From positions 78,337,836-78,401,835 of the forward strand of contig JAUZTB010000135.1 of assembly GCA_034780895.1 (NCBI GenBank): a DNA stretch of 64,000 nucleotides, in the 5' to 3' direction. The position numbers and the translations under genes are program-made. Positions 37,640-51,229 of this stretch are shown in pieces; positions within the stretch are counted from its first letter, which is position 1; each line of letters starts with the position of its first letter. The notes under the pieces are model-generated. The model worked only from the letters and a program-made list of their open reading frames with translations, did not search any database and was not told the DNA's origin. The stretch is from Rhynchobatus australiae. Its lineage: Eukaryota.

Positions 37640-40060
37640 ATATTCCTATTCAGATGCTGCCCTTACCCTTCTTGGTGGTGGAGGTCATGGGTTTGGAAGG
37701 TGCTGTTACAGGAGGCTGGGCGAGGGACTGCAGTGTATTTTGTAAATAGTATATACTGCCATCACTGCACTGGAGGTGGAGAAAATGGATATTTGGCATG
37801 GTTGATAGGGTGTCATTCAAGCAGGCTACTTTATCCTGAATACTTATGGAGAATTGTTGGAGCTGTGCTCTTCAAAATAAGTGGAGAGTATTCCATCATG
37901 GTCCTGACTTGTGTCCTCTGGATGGTGAAAGGCCTTGTACTGTCAGAAGAGTATCTCACTACAGGATACCCAGCCCCTGACCTACTCTTGTAGCTACAGT
38001 ACATGTATTTCTGTTCAACAGTGAATTGTGAATCCCCAGGATATTAATGGTTGGGGACTTGGGAATGGCAGTTCCTTTGAATATCAAGGTTAGGTAGTTA
38101 GATTTTCTTTTGTTGGAGGTGATTATTGGCTGGCACTTCTGTGACATGACATTACTTGTCTACCCATTCCTGAATGTTAGTCTCAGTCTTGCTACATGGG
38201 CTGCATCATGGAGTTGTGAACAGAATTGAACATTGTGCAATCATTAACAATCATCCCCATTTCTGACCTTACAAAGAAGGGACAGTCCTTGATAAAGATG
38301 GTTAGATGTAGGGCATTAACCTGAGGAACTTCTCTAATGATGCCCTGGAGTGGAATGATTGACATCTGATCCATGAAGCTGCAGCACAGGTAGATAGGGT
38401 GGTAAAGAAGGCCAACAGGATGCCGGCCTTCGTTAGTCAGAGCAAAGAGTAGAAGAGCAGGGAACTCTTGGTACAACTTCATAAAACATTTAGACCACAG
38501 CTGAAATACTCTGCAGTTTTGGTCACTGCATGATAGGAAGGATGTGATTACACTGGACAGGGTGCAGTGAAACTAGACCAGGATTTTGTCTGGGAAGGAA
38601 TGTTTCAGTTATGAGGCTAGATTGGATAGGCTGAGTTTGTTTTCTATGAAGCAGAGGAAGCTGAAGGGACCTCATACAGATATACAAAATTCTGAGAGGC
38701 ATAAATAAGGTAGTTAGTAAGAAACTTTTCCCTGTGGCATCAATCTAAGGTGAGGAGTAAGAGGTTTAGAGGAGATCTGAGGATTTTTTTTAACCCAGAG
38801 GCTGCTTGTAATCTGGAACACACTGCTTGAGAAGATGGTGGAGGCTAGTACTCTCACANNNNNNNNNNNNNNNNNNNNGCAATCACCAAAGCATTGAAGG
38901 CTACAGACCAAATGCTGATAAATGGAATTAATATAGATAGGGTTGGATGGTTGGCATGGATGTGGTAGGCTAAGAGGCCTGTTTCTGTTCTATATGACTC
39001 TATGTTTAAATCAACTACAACCATCTTCTTTGGTGTGACGTAAAACTCCAGTCATTGGAGTACTTTTTCCTCGATGTCCATTGACTTCAGTTTTACCAGG
39101 ATGCATTGATGCCACTCTCACTCAAATGCTGCCTTGATGGCAAGGTTAGTCACTCTCACCTCGTCTCTGGAACTTAACTCTTTGGTTTATGTTTGGACCA
39201 AGGCTGCGATGAGGTCTGCAATCGACTGATCCCTGTGAAACTCAAAAGGCCATGGATGAGTAGGTTAGTGGTGAGTAAGTACCACTTGATCGCACCGTCA
39301 ACAATAGGTTCCATCCCTCTGCTGATGATTGGAAATAGGCTGGCTGGTAATTAGCAGGATTGGATTTATTCTGCTTTATGCGCACAGGACATACCTGGAC
39401 AGTCCAGATCTGAGTGTGTCCCATTTAGAACATTTGCATTGCCACACAACNNNNNNNNNNNNNNNNNNNNNNNNNNTTGCCTCCCCAAGGGCTGTGCAGT
39501 GGTTACTTCTACTAATGAATAGATGTATTTGCCACAAATAGATTGCTGAGAAAGTGCATATTGGTTCTCTCGATACCTGCCACAGACCCGATCTGGCATC
39601 TGTATTCTTCAGGATTGAGCCAGTGTAGTCTGTGATGCTGCCACCAAAGCACTCTTCATGATGGCCATCGAAGACCCTCCAACTCAGAGTACATGCTGTA
39701 CCATTATCACTTTCAATCCAAGAGTTGTTCAACATGGAGAAGCAATGCTTCTGTAGCTTAGGGCAGCTGGTAGGTGATAATCAAGAGGATGCTTCCTTGC
39801 TCATGTCTGACATGACATAATGAGATTTCATGAAGCCTGGAGTCGATGTTGAGGACTCCCAAGTGCTGCTCGCTCCAACCTGTATGTCACTGTGTTTCCT
39901 TCTTGCAGGTGGGACAAGATGTACCCAAAGATTGTGATGGAAGAGTGTGACATATTGCCTGTAAGGTGTGTCTGTGATTATGACTATGCCAAGCTGTTGC
40001 TTGATTAGCAAATGGGACAGGTCTCCCAAGTATTTGTGAGGAGGGCTTTCATCCTTATCA
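37640..40060 (-). mobile_element. Degenerate CR1-group LINE (RT region to 3' end), interrupted by a younger CR1
   Basis: Minus-strand translation WTVQVCPVRIKQNKSNPANYQP (RT N-terminal NYRPIS motif) and SPTINILG; the same family occurs at 60700-61430(+). Confidence 0.75.
38362..39004 (+). mobile_element. CR1 LINE 3' fragment nested in an older LINE
   Basis: gtagatagggtggtaaagaaggc...agaccacagctgaaatac...ggcctgtttctgttctatatgactctatg tail. Confidence 0.85.
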
Positions 40061-43000
40061 GCAATTGCCTCCTTTGGGGACCTGCACACCTTTGCAATAT
40101 ATTTGGTAGCAAATAACATTGGACCATACTGAATGAGCATTCTAAAGCTAAGTGGCTCCTAAATTTTCCAATACAAGGCCCCTTTTATTTCACTGATCTA
40201 ATCATTGATTTATTAACTTACTAATTTTATATTTAGTAGGTTGCCATCAGCACTGCTTTTTCTGTTCTGTTTCCTCTCACAACTAATTACTGCTTTGTTA
40301 CTTCTGCTTACAGCAAATCCAGCAACAAACATGTTGCTGGTGTAGCATCTGTAACCTTTTTGTATTGCTGTTTCATAAGGCAAGTAACAAGGACAGAGAT
40401 GCTAAACAAACATCTCTTATTGATAACAGTCAACACTCAACCAACAGCAGTGTCTGATACAACAATGTATCAAAAGTCACACCACATGGCACACAGTTCT
40501 TAAAGGTATATACACACTTAATATATTCTACAATTGCCTCAGAAAATAAGCAAGGAAACAGATAATTTCATGGCCTGAAATAGATTAAATTTGAACCTTG
40601 AAATATGTACATCAAATGACTTTTTAGAATTGGTATTTAGCCCAAGCAATTATCTCTGCATAAATGTCCACAGTCGTTTCTTAAACATAACATGGTTAAT
40701 ATGTTTAAGGACTCCTACGCCAGTTTAATGTGATTCACTTTCTCATTTGCTGATCTCACAGCCGATGTCATGAAGATCACTGTACACATGAAGGAAATGG
40801 ATACTTAAGAAATATGCCAGCGTAGCAGATCAGATAAACTATGCTGAATTCAAGAAGCATTTGCAGATGGCAAAAACACAAACTTTGACTTAATTGGGTG
40901 CAGACACTGGAATAGGATTGCACTTGAAAAGAGCAGGTAATAGGAAGCCACGTAGTAGCTGCATAGCTGCATTTTACATGATGTTGACCAGCTGTAGTTG
41001 GAAATCATTTGAAGGGGCAGCTGTGCCTGTGCAAGGAACTGCTGCGCTGAGAGAGCAGTGAAGATGACATGAAAGTACGGAGCACTGCGATGACAGCCAG
41101 ATAGTAAAGTGTAGCATTATTAATGACCTTGTGGGCCACTTGTGGTTTGCAGAATATGAGAGGTATTCGCATTATTGAAGCTCGAAGAGAAAGTATTGTA
41201 TTAAATGTCTCCTTCGTGTATCTATCCTATTTGCTGCACCCTTTCACAGCAGTTAACTGCTGCTTCAAGTACATGTGGTGGATTGATTCCAGAAGCAAGT
41301 ACTGAGGAGAGAAATTATAACTGTTGTGATGGCTTTCTGTTTTGCAGTAACTTTTAATCAGCAGCCATGCTGCACCAACCACTCAACACAGTAAGTAGTT
41401 TTTAATGTGTAAGACCTACCATGTTAATCACTGTGCAGTTTCAGATTTGAAATGCTTCTATAAAACAAAGCATTTGAACAAGTCATTATTTAAAATCATT
41501 CATTTATTAATTTTATATTTAGATTGCTGAAATTTTGAAAATTCCTAGTATATTTCAATAGCAGTTACTGAAACTTGCACATTGTCTATCAATTTCCTGA
41601 ACTGTGAAGATTCAGAGAATATTTTAGTTTTGGAGTCTGTAACCTTTTAAGTATGAAATGGTATAATAGTGTGTAAAGCCACTTAGGTTAACGAGTTATT
41701 AACTGTACAGGAGTTCCTACATTTGGTTTTATTTGAATCTGAAAGTTCTTGGGTTTTATGCCTGGTTTCTGCTGAACTTAAGCACAGTTCAACTGGGGAA
41801 GGAGGAGGTAAAATCAGCTCAGATTAATATCCCGTCGATCCAGCTGAAAAGCCTATGTGTATAGCCGTTTTTAGGCTGACCCATGTTTAGCTTGGATTTC
41901 AGTAGAATGGCATCTGTAAGTATGCCCCTGACATTTACTCTACTAAATCCCATGTTAAACTAGGCTTACAGTTCTGCTAAAACGTCAGAATAAAGGACTT
42001 GTATTTAATAGTATAAATACAAGGAGCTGACTCACAGACTCACAGACACCAGTCTACTGGAATTGGAACTAAACAAGGGCCAATGTAAAAGCAGCTTATG
42101 AACATCAGGTTAGGATAGAACATGGCACGGTGTGGCTGTGATATTCCTATTGCAAGAACAGCCCAAAGATACTTGTTCCTTAGGTCATTCATGAAAAACA
42201 GTTAATTGGGTGTGGTGCTGGAGAGTTGGTAGCTCTCGTGAAACTGTGTCTCTTCTGGATTTGACAACTATGATGGAGAAGTGTGAGAATTATTTTGTTT
42301 TAAACAGATCAATGTGCAATAATTATAGATTTTCAGACTTTGTACTCAATGTCTATTAAAATTAGTCAGAAGGAAAGGAAAGAACATTGGTTGTATTCTT
42401 TGGTAGTACTGTTCAATATTTTTCAGTCCAAAAATACATTACCCCAGCTAGCAGTACACTCTTCACTGATTATCTGATGGCTAATTTAAATCAGATCCAA
42501 ATCCTGCAACCATAACTATTTCACTTTTCATCCTTTTCAAGTTTTAATGAAAATTGAATGCAAATCTTCCACAAATTCTTATGAAATGCTAAACTCAAAT
42601 ATGCACANNNNNNNNNNNNNNNNNNNNNNNNNNNNNNNNNNNNNNNNNNNNNNNNNNNNNNNNNNNNNNNNNNNNNNNNNNNNNNNNNNNNNNNNNNNNN
42701 NNNNNNNTGCACAAAATATGACAGGATTAAGTTTTGGGCTTCATTATGCTAAAAGACAGCAGATTTGAAGTTTGTTACTATTTATTAGACAAAATCCTGG
42801 AAGCACTCATGTTTGTGCCTTAGCCATAGCTATCTTGGAGTTTAAATTTGATGATAGATTTCCACATTAAAGGGTTATCCCATATTCAATTAATGATAGT
42901 GAAGGTGACATGAAAATTCAGTGGTAACTGATTTGGATTTTAAATAGAAACCTAAATGTACTTTATGTGAAGTATTGGCTGTCTGAATATGACAGCAAAA

Positions 43001-44329
43001 TCTGAATTTGTAGCATGGGTACCTCCTGTCATGCAAGGCTTCCCTTAGTGAGATCTACATTGTTATGAATTAATCTAAATGTCACAGTAGAGTATTCCAT
43101 AAAGAAGCATTATTTAGAGTACTAAAGAACTAAAATTTAATGAGAGCAAAAGAACTTGTGTGTATATTGCCTTCCCTAATATCTAAATTCAGAAGCTGTT
43201 CACAGTTAAGTACTCTTGAAATATAGTCAATGATGTAATATTGAGAAATACTAATCACATTTTATTTATTGTAAAATGCAGTTTGTTACACTACAATATG
43301 CTTGTTTCTTCCTGATAAATATGAAAGTGCACTTTGATTTATATAGGAAAAGAGTTGTTTCATTGGGTGAGGATGCAGCTTTCAAAAGTGAAGAATTTGA
43401 GTTTTGCACAATTCTATCCAGCATTGATACTTTTTAAATGTATCATTATAGTCTCAACCCACATCTTAAAAATGTGCAAGTCTGGCTATATGTTTACATC
43501 CATGTATTATCTGTATGAACCAAAGTTCTTTTCTACATTTTCAATTGATCAAGTTATAACAGCTTTTTGTAGATAGGTGTTACATATCTTATCTGCCCCT
43601 TGTATGAGGATGTGTCTGTTGACATAATTGCCAGAATAGTCTAGCTCCAATTATATTATGCCCTTTAAGGATTACAGGAATTCTCCTTTCCTGCTACCTT
43701 CCCACACAAATTCAGGTATATATGGATGACTTCAGTTTAAACTGGACTACAGGAAAACAGAGGTTTCCACAATTTTGCTCTACCATACTGAGTGTCTTCT
43801 TGCCTGACTTTTGATGGGGCTAGTACCTTACAAAAGACTATGCATGGCATGATACTATATCTTCCTACAGAAAATTACCTGCCATAATTTGCCAATTTGT
43901 TACAAGCAGACATTGAAGCCAGTTTAACTGATATAGTTTTTATTTCATTTTTAATTTCCAGAAGGTTAAAATACCCATTGATCTGCACTGCCTTCTGAAC
44001 CTTCCGCATTTCCGACAGGCTGGTTGTCTATCTATCTGTCTGTCTTTGGCGTTTCCACCCCGCCCCAAACCTGATCTGTATTTCTCTGACTACAATGTTG
44101 GCAGATCAGGCGGCAGAGAGGAGAGAGTTGCATTTCATCAGTACTAGAAAACATAGTGAAAACAAAAAATGCAGAGAAATGGATGAGCAGTGAAAAGGAC
44201 AAGAATGGATGCCCTGTGATGAGAAGGAAGTCAGGAGACATTGAACAGAATGATGGTGAAAAGCTAAATAGGTGTAATGGGACAAGGTGAGAAACAACAG
44301 TTTGGGTCTAGTGGAGGCCTGACAGGGAA

Positions 44330-44960
44330 CAGATGATCATTACTAAGTAGTGTTGAAACCAATGTTGAATTCTGATGAGGTACTCATCCTTGAGTTTGCA
44401 TTGAATGGAGTAAGAGACCAAGGGTAGAGAGGTAGGATGGGACTGGGAATTAAAGTGACATGTTATCAAAAAGTTGGGATTACTCTTGCAGACTAAAAGA
44501 GGTGTTCTACCAAGAGGTGAAAGGTGAAAGAGAAAATCTTGTTTCTATTTCCAGTGCTAATGAAAGCCTAAGAGCTCACAAGAGGTCAACCATTGTGAGT
44601 TTGGTGGCTCTGGTGCAGAGGACTCTGTACTCTGAATGGAATTGCAAAAAGCACATATAAATTGTTGGTTCATGTGGGAAGAATGTCTGGAGCCTTGGAA
44701 AGTGAGAATAGAGGAAAAAGGGCAAATATTTGGAGTTGTGGCAAGGGAGGAGGTGAAAGCTCAGGTGTGGATTTCCTTTGGTATCACAGGAATGAGGGTA
44801 GGTACTGGTGGTGATTAAGTAGTGGACCATGTTCTCTTCAGAGTGCTGAAAATGAAAGAGAAAATCTTGTTTCTATTTCCAATGCTAATGAAAGCTTAAT
44901 AGCTCAAAATATTAATACTGTTTTTCTCTCCATAGATGCTATTTGATCTGTACTTCAAAT
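44330..44960 (-). mobile_element. Highly degenerate Penelope-like element with an inverted terminal arm and an internal 54-bp duplication
   Basis: aaaccaatgttgaattctg and gaatgtctggagccttgg motifs, terminal arm ctgtttttctctccatagatgct; direct repeat at 44525-44578 and 44853-44906. Confidence 0.5.
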
Positions 44961-45332
44961 CGTCTATGTTTTTAATATTTCAAACAGTCAAAATATATTT
45001 GCTTTCACCTACTGTTTCACTGGCTGGTCAAGTGGTTGTCTGCTGCTTGTATCATTGATTATTTACTTGTCTTCTTGACTAACGTGGGTACCTGAAATAC
45101 TGCCAGACAATAAGATCGTGCAGTTATATTTTAATGATAAATAAAATATCAGGCTAATGCAAGACTCTGTAAATCTAAATAGCAGATGGTGTACTATGCT
45201 GTTGGTTGTCCTACCTGATTAAACATCAAAATAATTTAAACAAGTGAAATGTTTGCAACAATAAAAGTCTTAAAACTAAAGAATGCTCAAGGACAAGCTT
45301 TTGTACCTGGAGTAATTCAGAGTTCATATTGT

Positions 45333-45780
45333 ACATAAGAACATAAGAAATAGGAGCAGGAGTAGGCCATCTGGCCCGTCGAGCCTGCTCTGCCATTCAA
45401 TAAGGTTGTGGCTGATCTGGCCGTGAACTCAGATCCACCTACCTGCCTTTTCCCCCAAAATCCTTAATTCCACTACTATGCAAAAATCTATCTAACTGTG
45501 TCTTAAATATATTTAATGAGGTAGCCTCCACTNNNNNNNNNNNNNNNNNNNNNNNNNNNNNNNNNNNNNNNNNNNNNNNNNNNNNNNNNNNNNNNNNNNN
45601 NNNNNNNNNNNNNNNNNNNNNNNNNNNNNNNNTATCTAACTGTGTCTTAAATATATTTAATGAGGTAGCCTCCACTGCTTCCCTGGGCAGAGAATTCCAC
45701 AGATTCACTACTGTCTGGGAAAAGCAGTTTTTCCTCATCTCTGTCCTAAATCTACTCCCCGAATCTTGAGGCTGTGTGCC
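45333..45780 (-). mobile_element. CR1 LINE 3' end
   Basis: cataagaacataagaaataggagcaggagtaggcc tail; translation MRKNCFSQTVVNLWNSLPREAVEATSLNIFKTQLDRFL. Confidence 0.9.
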
Positions 45781-48700
45781 CCACTACATTTAAACTTTTT
45801 TATTGGAATGACAGATGGTTGTAAGAGTTGCTTAATTAGGTGATGGATGAAGGATGACTTTGGAACTCTGATTGCTATGACAGAATGGAAATCGTGGCAC
45901 TCTGAGGAAGAGGAGCAGGAATTTAATGCATGTTAATTTCTTCATATATCACTGCATGTATGCTGCTTTTTAGTCAATAGCAAAATTGTTTTTGCAGTCC
46001 TTCCCATGCTTGGATTGCCTTTTTCATGTGTTATTAAATTCAGAAGATGCCAGTAACAATTAGTAAAAACATTGCTTTTTTTTCTGTATATGCCAAGGAC
46101 GAGATTAGGACTCCATTCATTTTCCAGATCTGTCAAACACCACCAGAATTTATCTCGTGATATAAATGCTTTCAAAAGCAGTTGGCATAACCCATCAAAT
46201 CAGAATACTACTTGTTAAAAGAGTGGGGCCTGCACAAAAGGCCTTTAGAATACAGATATTCATAGAATAGGAGGGATCATTTCAATCCCCTATGGTGATC
46301 GATGCCTGATGGTTTTCAGTTGTGGAGTAAAAGCCAGATGTTTCCATGTGTAGAAAGATAGAAGAAAGAGTTAACTAGTAGAAAGAAGTGAGTGTATGGT
46401 TGCGAGGATTGATCTGGAATCCATTGCTGCAAATAACCCAGGACCAAGTTCATAGAGGTGATAAAAGAAATGATTTTTTTGTCTGATTTTGTTTATTGCT
46501 TTAAAGTATCAGAGCTGAGAAAAAGGCTGTTTACCTGGAGTAAGGGCAAGGTGGATAGTGTCAGTGATTGAATATTCAGTGATGTAATGAAACCTACAGA
46601 AGTACAAGTGATCAGAGTCATTCTTCACATACTGCAAAGTCATTCTTCATGGTCTTATCATTTAAATAGCCATATTTTTTAACAATTCGGTTCAAGGAAT
46701 AGAAATGAGGCTGCGTCCTTCCACTATAATTTGTTTAAAGGTATACTTAGTTCTAGTTGAATTAAACTTCTATCATCCTGACACGATCACCATTTCAATT
46801 CGACGGATGCTACTCACCCATTGATCGTTTAACGATATGTACCCAGTCTAATTCCAGAAATAGTGGCATGCTATTCTTCTCTTACATTAGAATGGTGATT
46901 GAACAACCCAGCTAAAGGTTTTTTTCAAAGCCACAAATGACATTTAGAAAGATCGAGGAACAGAATATATATTCCACTTTTGTTCTTGGCGATGGTCACT
47001 CAGGACAGGGTATGGAGCCACAGATGAAAGGTATCATCCAGTGCATCAGCCAGGTACCCATTCTTTAATATGGCCCTTTACTATGAGTGGCAGTGGTCTT
47101 TTGGATGAAGGGAGGTATATCCTAAATTTATTCATCAAGGATTCAAATGAATCCATGAAGAATAAGCAGAGTGGCATCAGATGTGGAATTCAAGGTGACC
47201 TTCCTCACTCCAAACATGTCATAGTGCAAAGTGTCACTTTCATCTAGTAGGACCTTGAGGCTTGTATTTTGGTGCATTCACCCAAGGGCTTTTGCTCTTC
47301 CTGCTGTTTTGGTCGACATCAACTAGACTAATTGAGTTTAAGACTTAAATCTGCAACTTTCTTGTCTGTCCACTTTTACTCTATTTAGTAATTCACCTTT
47401 AAGGAAGCCTCGTGCTTTTCTCTGTCAAAAAATATTAAATCATTGCTGAACCCACTAACAAGTGTTATTTGTAATATATTATAATATATGCAGAAGATAG
47501 AACACGTAAGAGAATCCCTTGAGCTTAATTTTGAACTGAACAGATGGTCACATGTGTTTTCCAGCAGGACTCAGTGAAAAGGTGTGACGGAATGGATAAA
47601 TGAATGTTGCAGATTCTTGCTAAAAATGGGACGGTTCTGTTGAGCATGAAAGCAGAAAATATTCCCAGTAGGACTAATCAATGTTGCCTTTTTCGATTTG
47701 AATTGTTTTTCTTTTTGTTTCCATCAGGCCTCTCATTTGATGTGTTTATCCAAAAGTTTGGAGCTATTCCTTCACCGTATAATGTTCAGCAATAAATATT
47801 TGCTAGGAGGGACTAATGAAGTATGAACTTCTAATAATCATAAGTCAAGGCAGAAATGATAACTGCTGAAGTATAGGGTGTCCAGTGGATCTGTGAAATA
47901 ACTAAAGCAGTTTATAAAATCAGCTCTGAGAGGTACTAGGGGAGTGGTGGGGAAACTGGTGTGGCAAAGTTCATTCTCAGAGCATACATAGTAATTATTT
48001 AAACTATTCACAGACATTAGACTTTGGTAAAGCTGAAGAATGGGGCAGCCAGTCAGTCCATTGCCTGGAAAATATACAGCATGTTTTGTAATTTTCTTTA
48101 ACAGTGATTAGATACTGTTTCTGAGCAAGATAAAGTCAACTATTTAGCTAGAATTATTTCAAACATGCAGCTTATGGCCCAATGAGGTCAGCAAGGACCT
48201 TTCATCACTTTGTGTTAGTTCTGTTATTTGAATCTGCTGAACTTTTGTGTTCTTCTGCAGAGATTTCTCAGGGCTGGGAAATTAAACATTTTCTTACTTA
48301 GTGAGATTCCAGGCTGGATTATCTGCTTGTTGGCAGGGTAATGGCAGGAAGGAAATTTAACCAATTATTGTGGCATTCCAAAACCCAATCCCATTTTCCA
48401 AGGTCGGTTATTTGTTATGAAGATTAGGAATTTACCACTGCAAACCATCAATTTTTGTCACTTCCATGCCTNNNNNNNNNNNNNNNNNNNNNNNNNNNNN
48501 NNNNNNNNNNNNNNNNNGACAACCACCATCCTTGCTCTGTTGCTCCTTGGGATTGATAGACAAAGTGGTGGTTGCATCAGTCTTCACCATGGAAGACATT
48601 GCTAATATCCCTAATGGGCTAATTTCAAATAACATGGTAGAACTGGCAAAAATCCCAATTACAAAGGATAAAATATTGGAGAAACTCAGAGGGTGAAAGG

Positions 48701-49601
48701 CAACCAAGTCACTGGTACCCAATGGACTGCACACTAGAATTTTAAAGGAAATGGCTGCAGAAATAACGGACCCTTCAGTTGAAATTTAACTCTCTGAACT
48801 CTGGGAGGGTAACCAGAAAATTGGAAAACAGCCAATGTGACTCCCTTTTTCAAAAAAAGAGAAAGGCAGAAGGCAGTGAACTGCAGGCCAGTTAGCTGAA
48901 CAACTATTATTGGCAAGTTGTTCAAGTCAATAATCAAAGTGGAAGTAGCTAATCATTTAGGAAAGCTGAATGTAATTAAACCTAGACAACACGGTTTTAG
49001 GGTGGATCATGTTAGACAAATTTGCTCAACTTATTTGAGGATATAACAGGGACAATTGTTAGAGGGGAACCTGTAGATGTGAATTTAGATTTCCAAAGGG
49101 CATTTGACAAGGGGCCAGATAAGAGGCTGGTGCATAAATCAAACCTCTGGTATTGCAGAAGTGTGTTAAAATTGATTGAAAATTAGCTGTTTTGTAGAAA
49201 ACAGAGAGTTGGAATAAATGGGTCCTTTCAGACCAGAAGGAGGTAACTAGTGGAGTATCACAGGGATNNNNNNNNNNNNNNNNNNNNGCAATTGTTCACT
49301 ATTTACATTCATGACAGAGAGGAAGATTCAGTATGTAAGGTTTCCACATTTGCCAATGATACAAAAATAGGTGGAAGGTCGTGTTTTGATAAGGATACTG
49401 TGATTCTGCAAATGGAAATAAATAGATTGAGTGAGTGGTAAAAGACTGGCAAATGGAGTTTAATGTGGGGGAAGTGTGAGGTCATGCACTTTGGTAAAAG
49501 AAATCAAAAGGCAGATTATTATCTAAATGGAGAGATCCTGCAAATGAGTGAAGTACAGAGGGATCTAGCTGCTTTAGTGCATGAATTACAAAAAGTTAGC
49601 A

Positions 49602-50122
49602 ACCAGACTTTGCCGAGCACCTGTACACCCTCCACTATGGCCATCTGGAGCTCCCAGTTGTATGCCATTTTAATTCCCTTTCCCAAATCCCATCTGTCTG
49701 TCTTCCACATCCTCCACTGCCAAGGTGAGGCCAAACACAAACTAGAAGAACAGCACCTCATATTCTGTCTGGTTAGTCTACAACCTGATGGCATGAACAT
49801 TGAATTCTCCAATTTCAGGTAACCTGCTCCCCCTCTGCCCCTTCCTCTCTCCTTCTGATCTACCCAGGCCCTTGCAAGCACGCACCCTTCTTTGCAAACC
49901 CACCCGCAGCCCTCTATAACCCAATTTCTTTCCCCTCCCCTATCTTGCACCACCACACTCTTTGTACTGGCCATCTCCCCTCTATCCTTTCATTCTAGAT
50001 AAAGGGTCTGAATCTGAAATATTGACTGTCCATTTTCCTCCACAGATACTGTCTGATCTGCTGATTTCCCCCAATAGCTTGTTTTCTGCTCCAGATTCCA
50101 GCATCTGCAGTCTCTTGTGTCT
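49602..50122 (+). mobile_element. Penelope-like element 3' part (GIY-YIG endonuclease C-terminus plus terminal repeat)
   Basis: Translation LHCQGEAKHKLEEQHLIFCLVSLQPDGMNIEFSNFR*, typical of the Penelope GIY-YIG end, followed by a pyrimidine tract and ctccagattccagcatctgcagtctcttgtgtc. Confidence 0.85.
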
Positions 50123-50819
50123 TCATGATGAATGAATTTTGCTTGTTGCACTAATGTGTTCTTACACTGGAAGGAAAGTAAGTGCTAAGAGGAATGAAAG
50201 TCCACTGATAACTGAGAGACTGATTACCAATATGGGTGCTAAAACTCCCACAAATCTGTGCAAATCAATGTACCCCAGATTAAACCAATTTTCAACAATG
50301 CAGCAATTTTTATCTGGAGTAATGCAAAAAAATTCTAACCCATGATCTCTGCAACTCTGAGTAAAAAAATGTTATTAAGTTTGCCCTGACTTTGTGAATC
50401 AAGAATAAAGATTGCTAGCTATTACATTTGAAGTAATTATCTACTAAATCCAGTTAAAGGTTTATTACTTTCAAGCTTAGGGCTACAATAACCATTGTTG
50501 ATATTTGAGTTCCTTCACAGGGATATTGTAGGCATTGAACATAGCTAAATATCAGCGAAGACAGAACTATCCATGTTTGAGAATATTAGCATAGTAAGTA
50601 AGTGGTTTTATTTTACATAATCACAGAGTTATTACTGCACTTGTTTTGTCAAACCACTTGAGCAATGAAGTTAATCCGAGAATTACTTTTATTACCAGAA
50701 TAAAAAAAGTTCCTCTGANNNNNNNNNNNNNNNNNNNNNNNNNNNNNNNNNNNNNNNNNNNNNNNNNNNNNNNNNNNNNNNNNNNNNNNNNNNNNNNNNN
50801 NNNNNNNNNNNNNNNNNNA

Positions 50820-51229
50820 TTGCCCAGTTTCTTTCCCCTCCCTACCTACTTCATCTGCACATCTCCCCCATACTACACCCACTGGGACCCCTCCCCCCAC
50901 TGTTCCCATCGGCCCACCCTGACTCACTCATTTGGTTTCATGCTCCACCTTCCTTTTTCTCCCAGATTCCATCATCTGCAGCTCTTCATTGCTATTTCCA
51001 TCCTTCCCCTCCCCCACCTGACTCTAGCTGTCAATCACCCCTCCTCACCAGAATCCACCTATTGCTTGCCAGCTCTTGCCCCACCTCTCCCACTCACCTC
51101 TTTATATTGGCCTCTTCTCTCTACTCTTTTTGTCCAGATGAAGGGGCTCGACCTGAAATGTTAACTGTCTGTTTTCCCCTACAGATGTTGCCTGACCCGC
51201 TGAGTTCCTCCAGCAGTTTGTATTTTGCA
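50820..51229 (+). mobile_element. Second Penelope-like 3'/terminal-repeat fragment
   Basis: Pyrimidine tract then gtccagatgaaggggctcgacctgaaatg...cctgacccgctgagttcctccagcag; same orientation as 49602-50122. Confidence 0.85.

Noticed and set aside
45490-45676. Duplicated CR1 segment around an N run
   Set aside because: Same gap-overlap artefact, not a biological tandem duplication.
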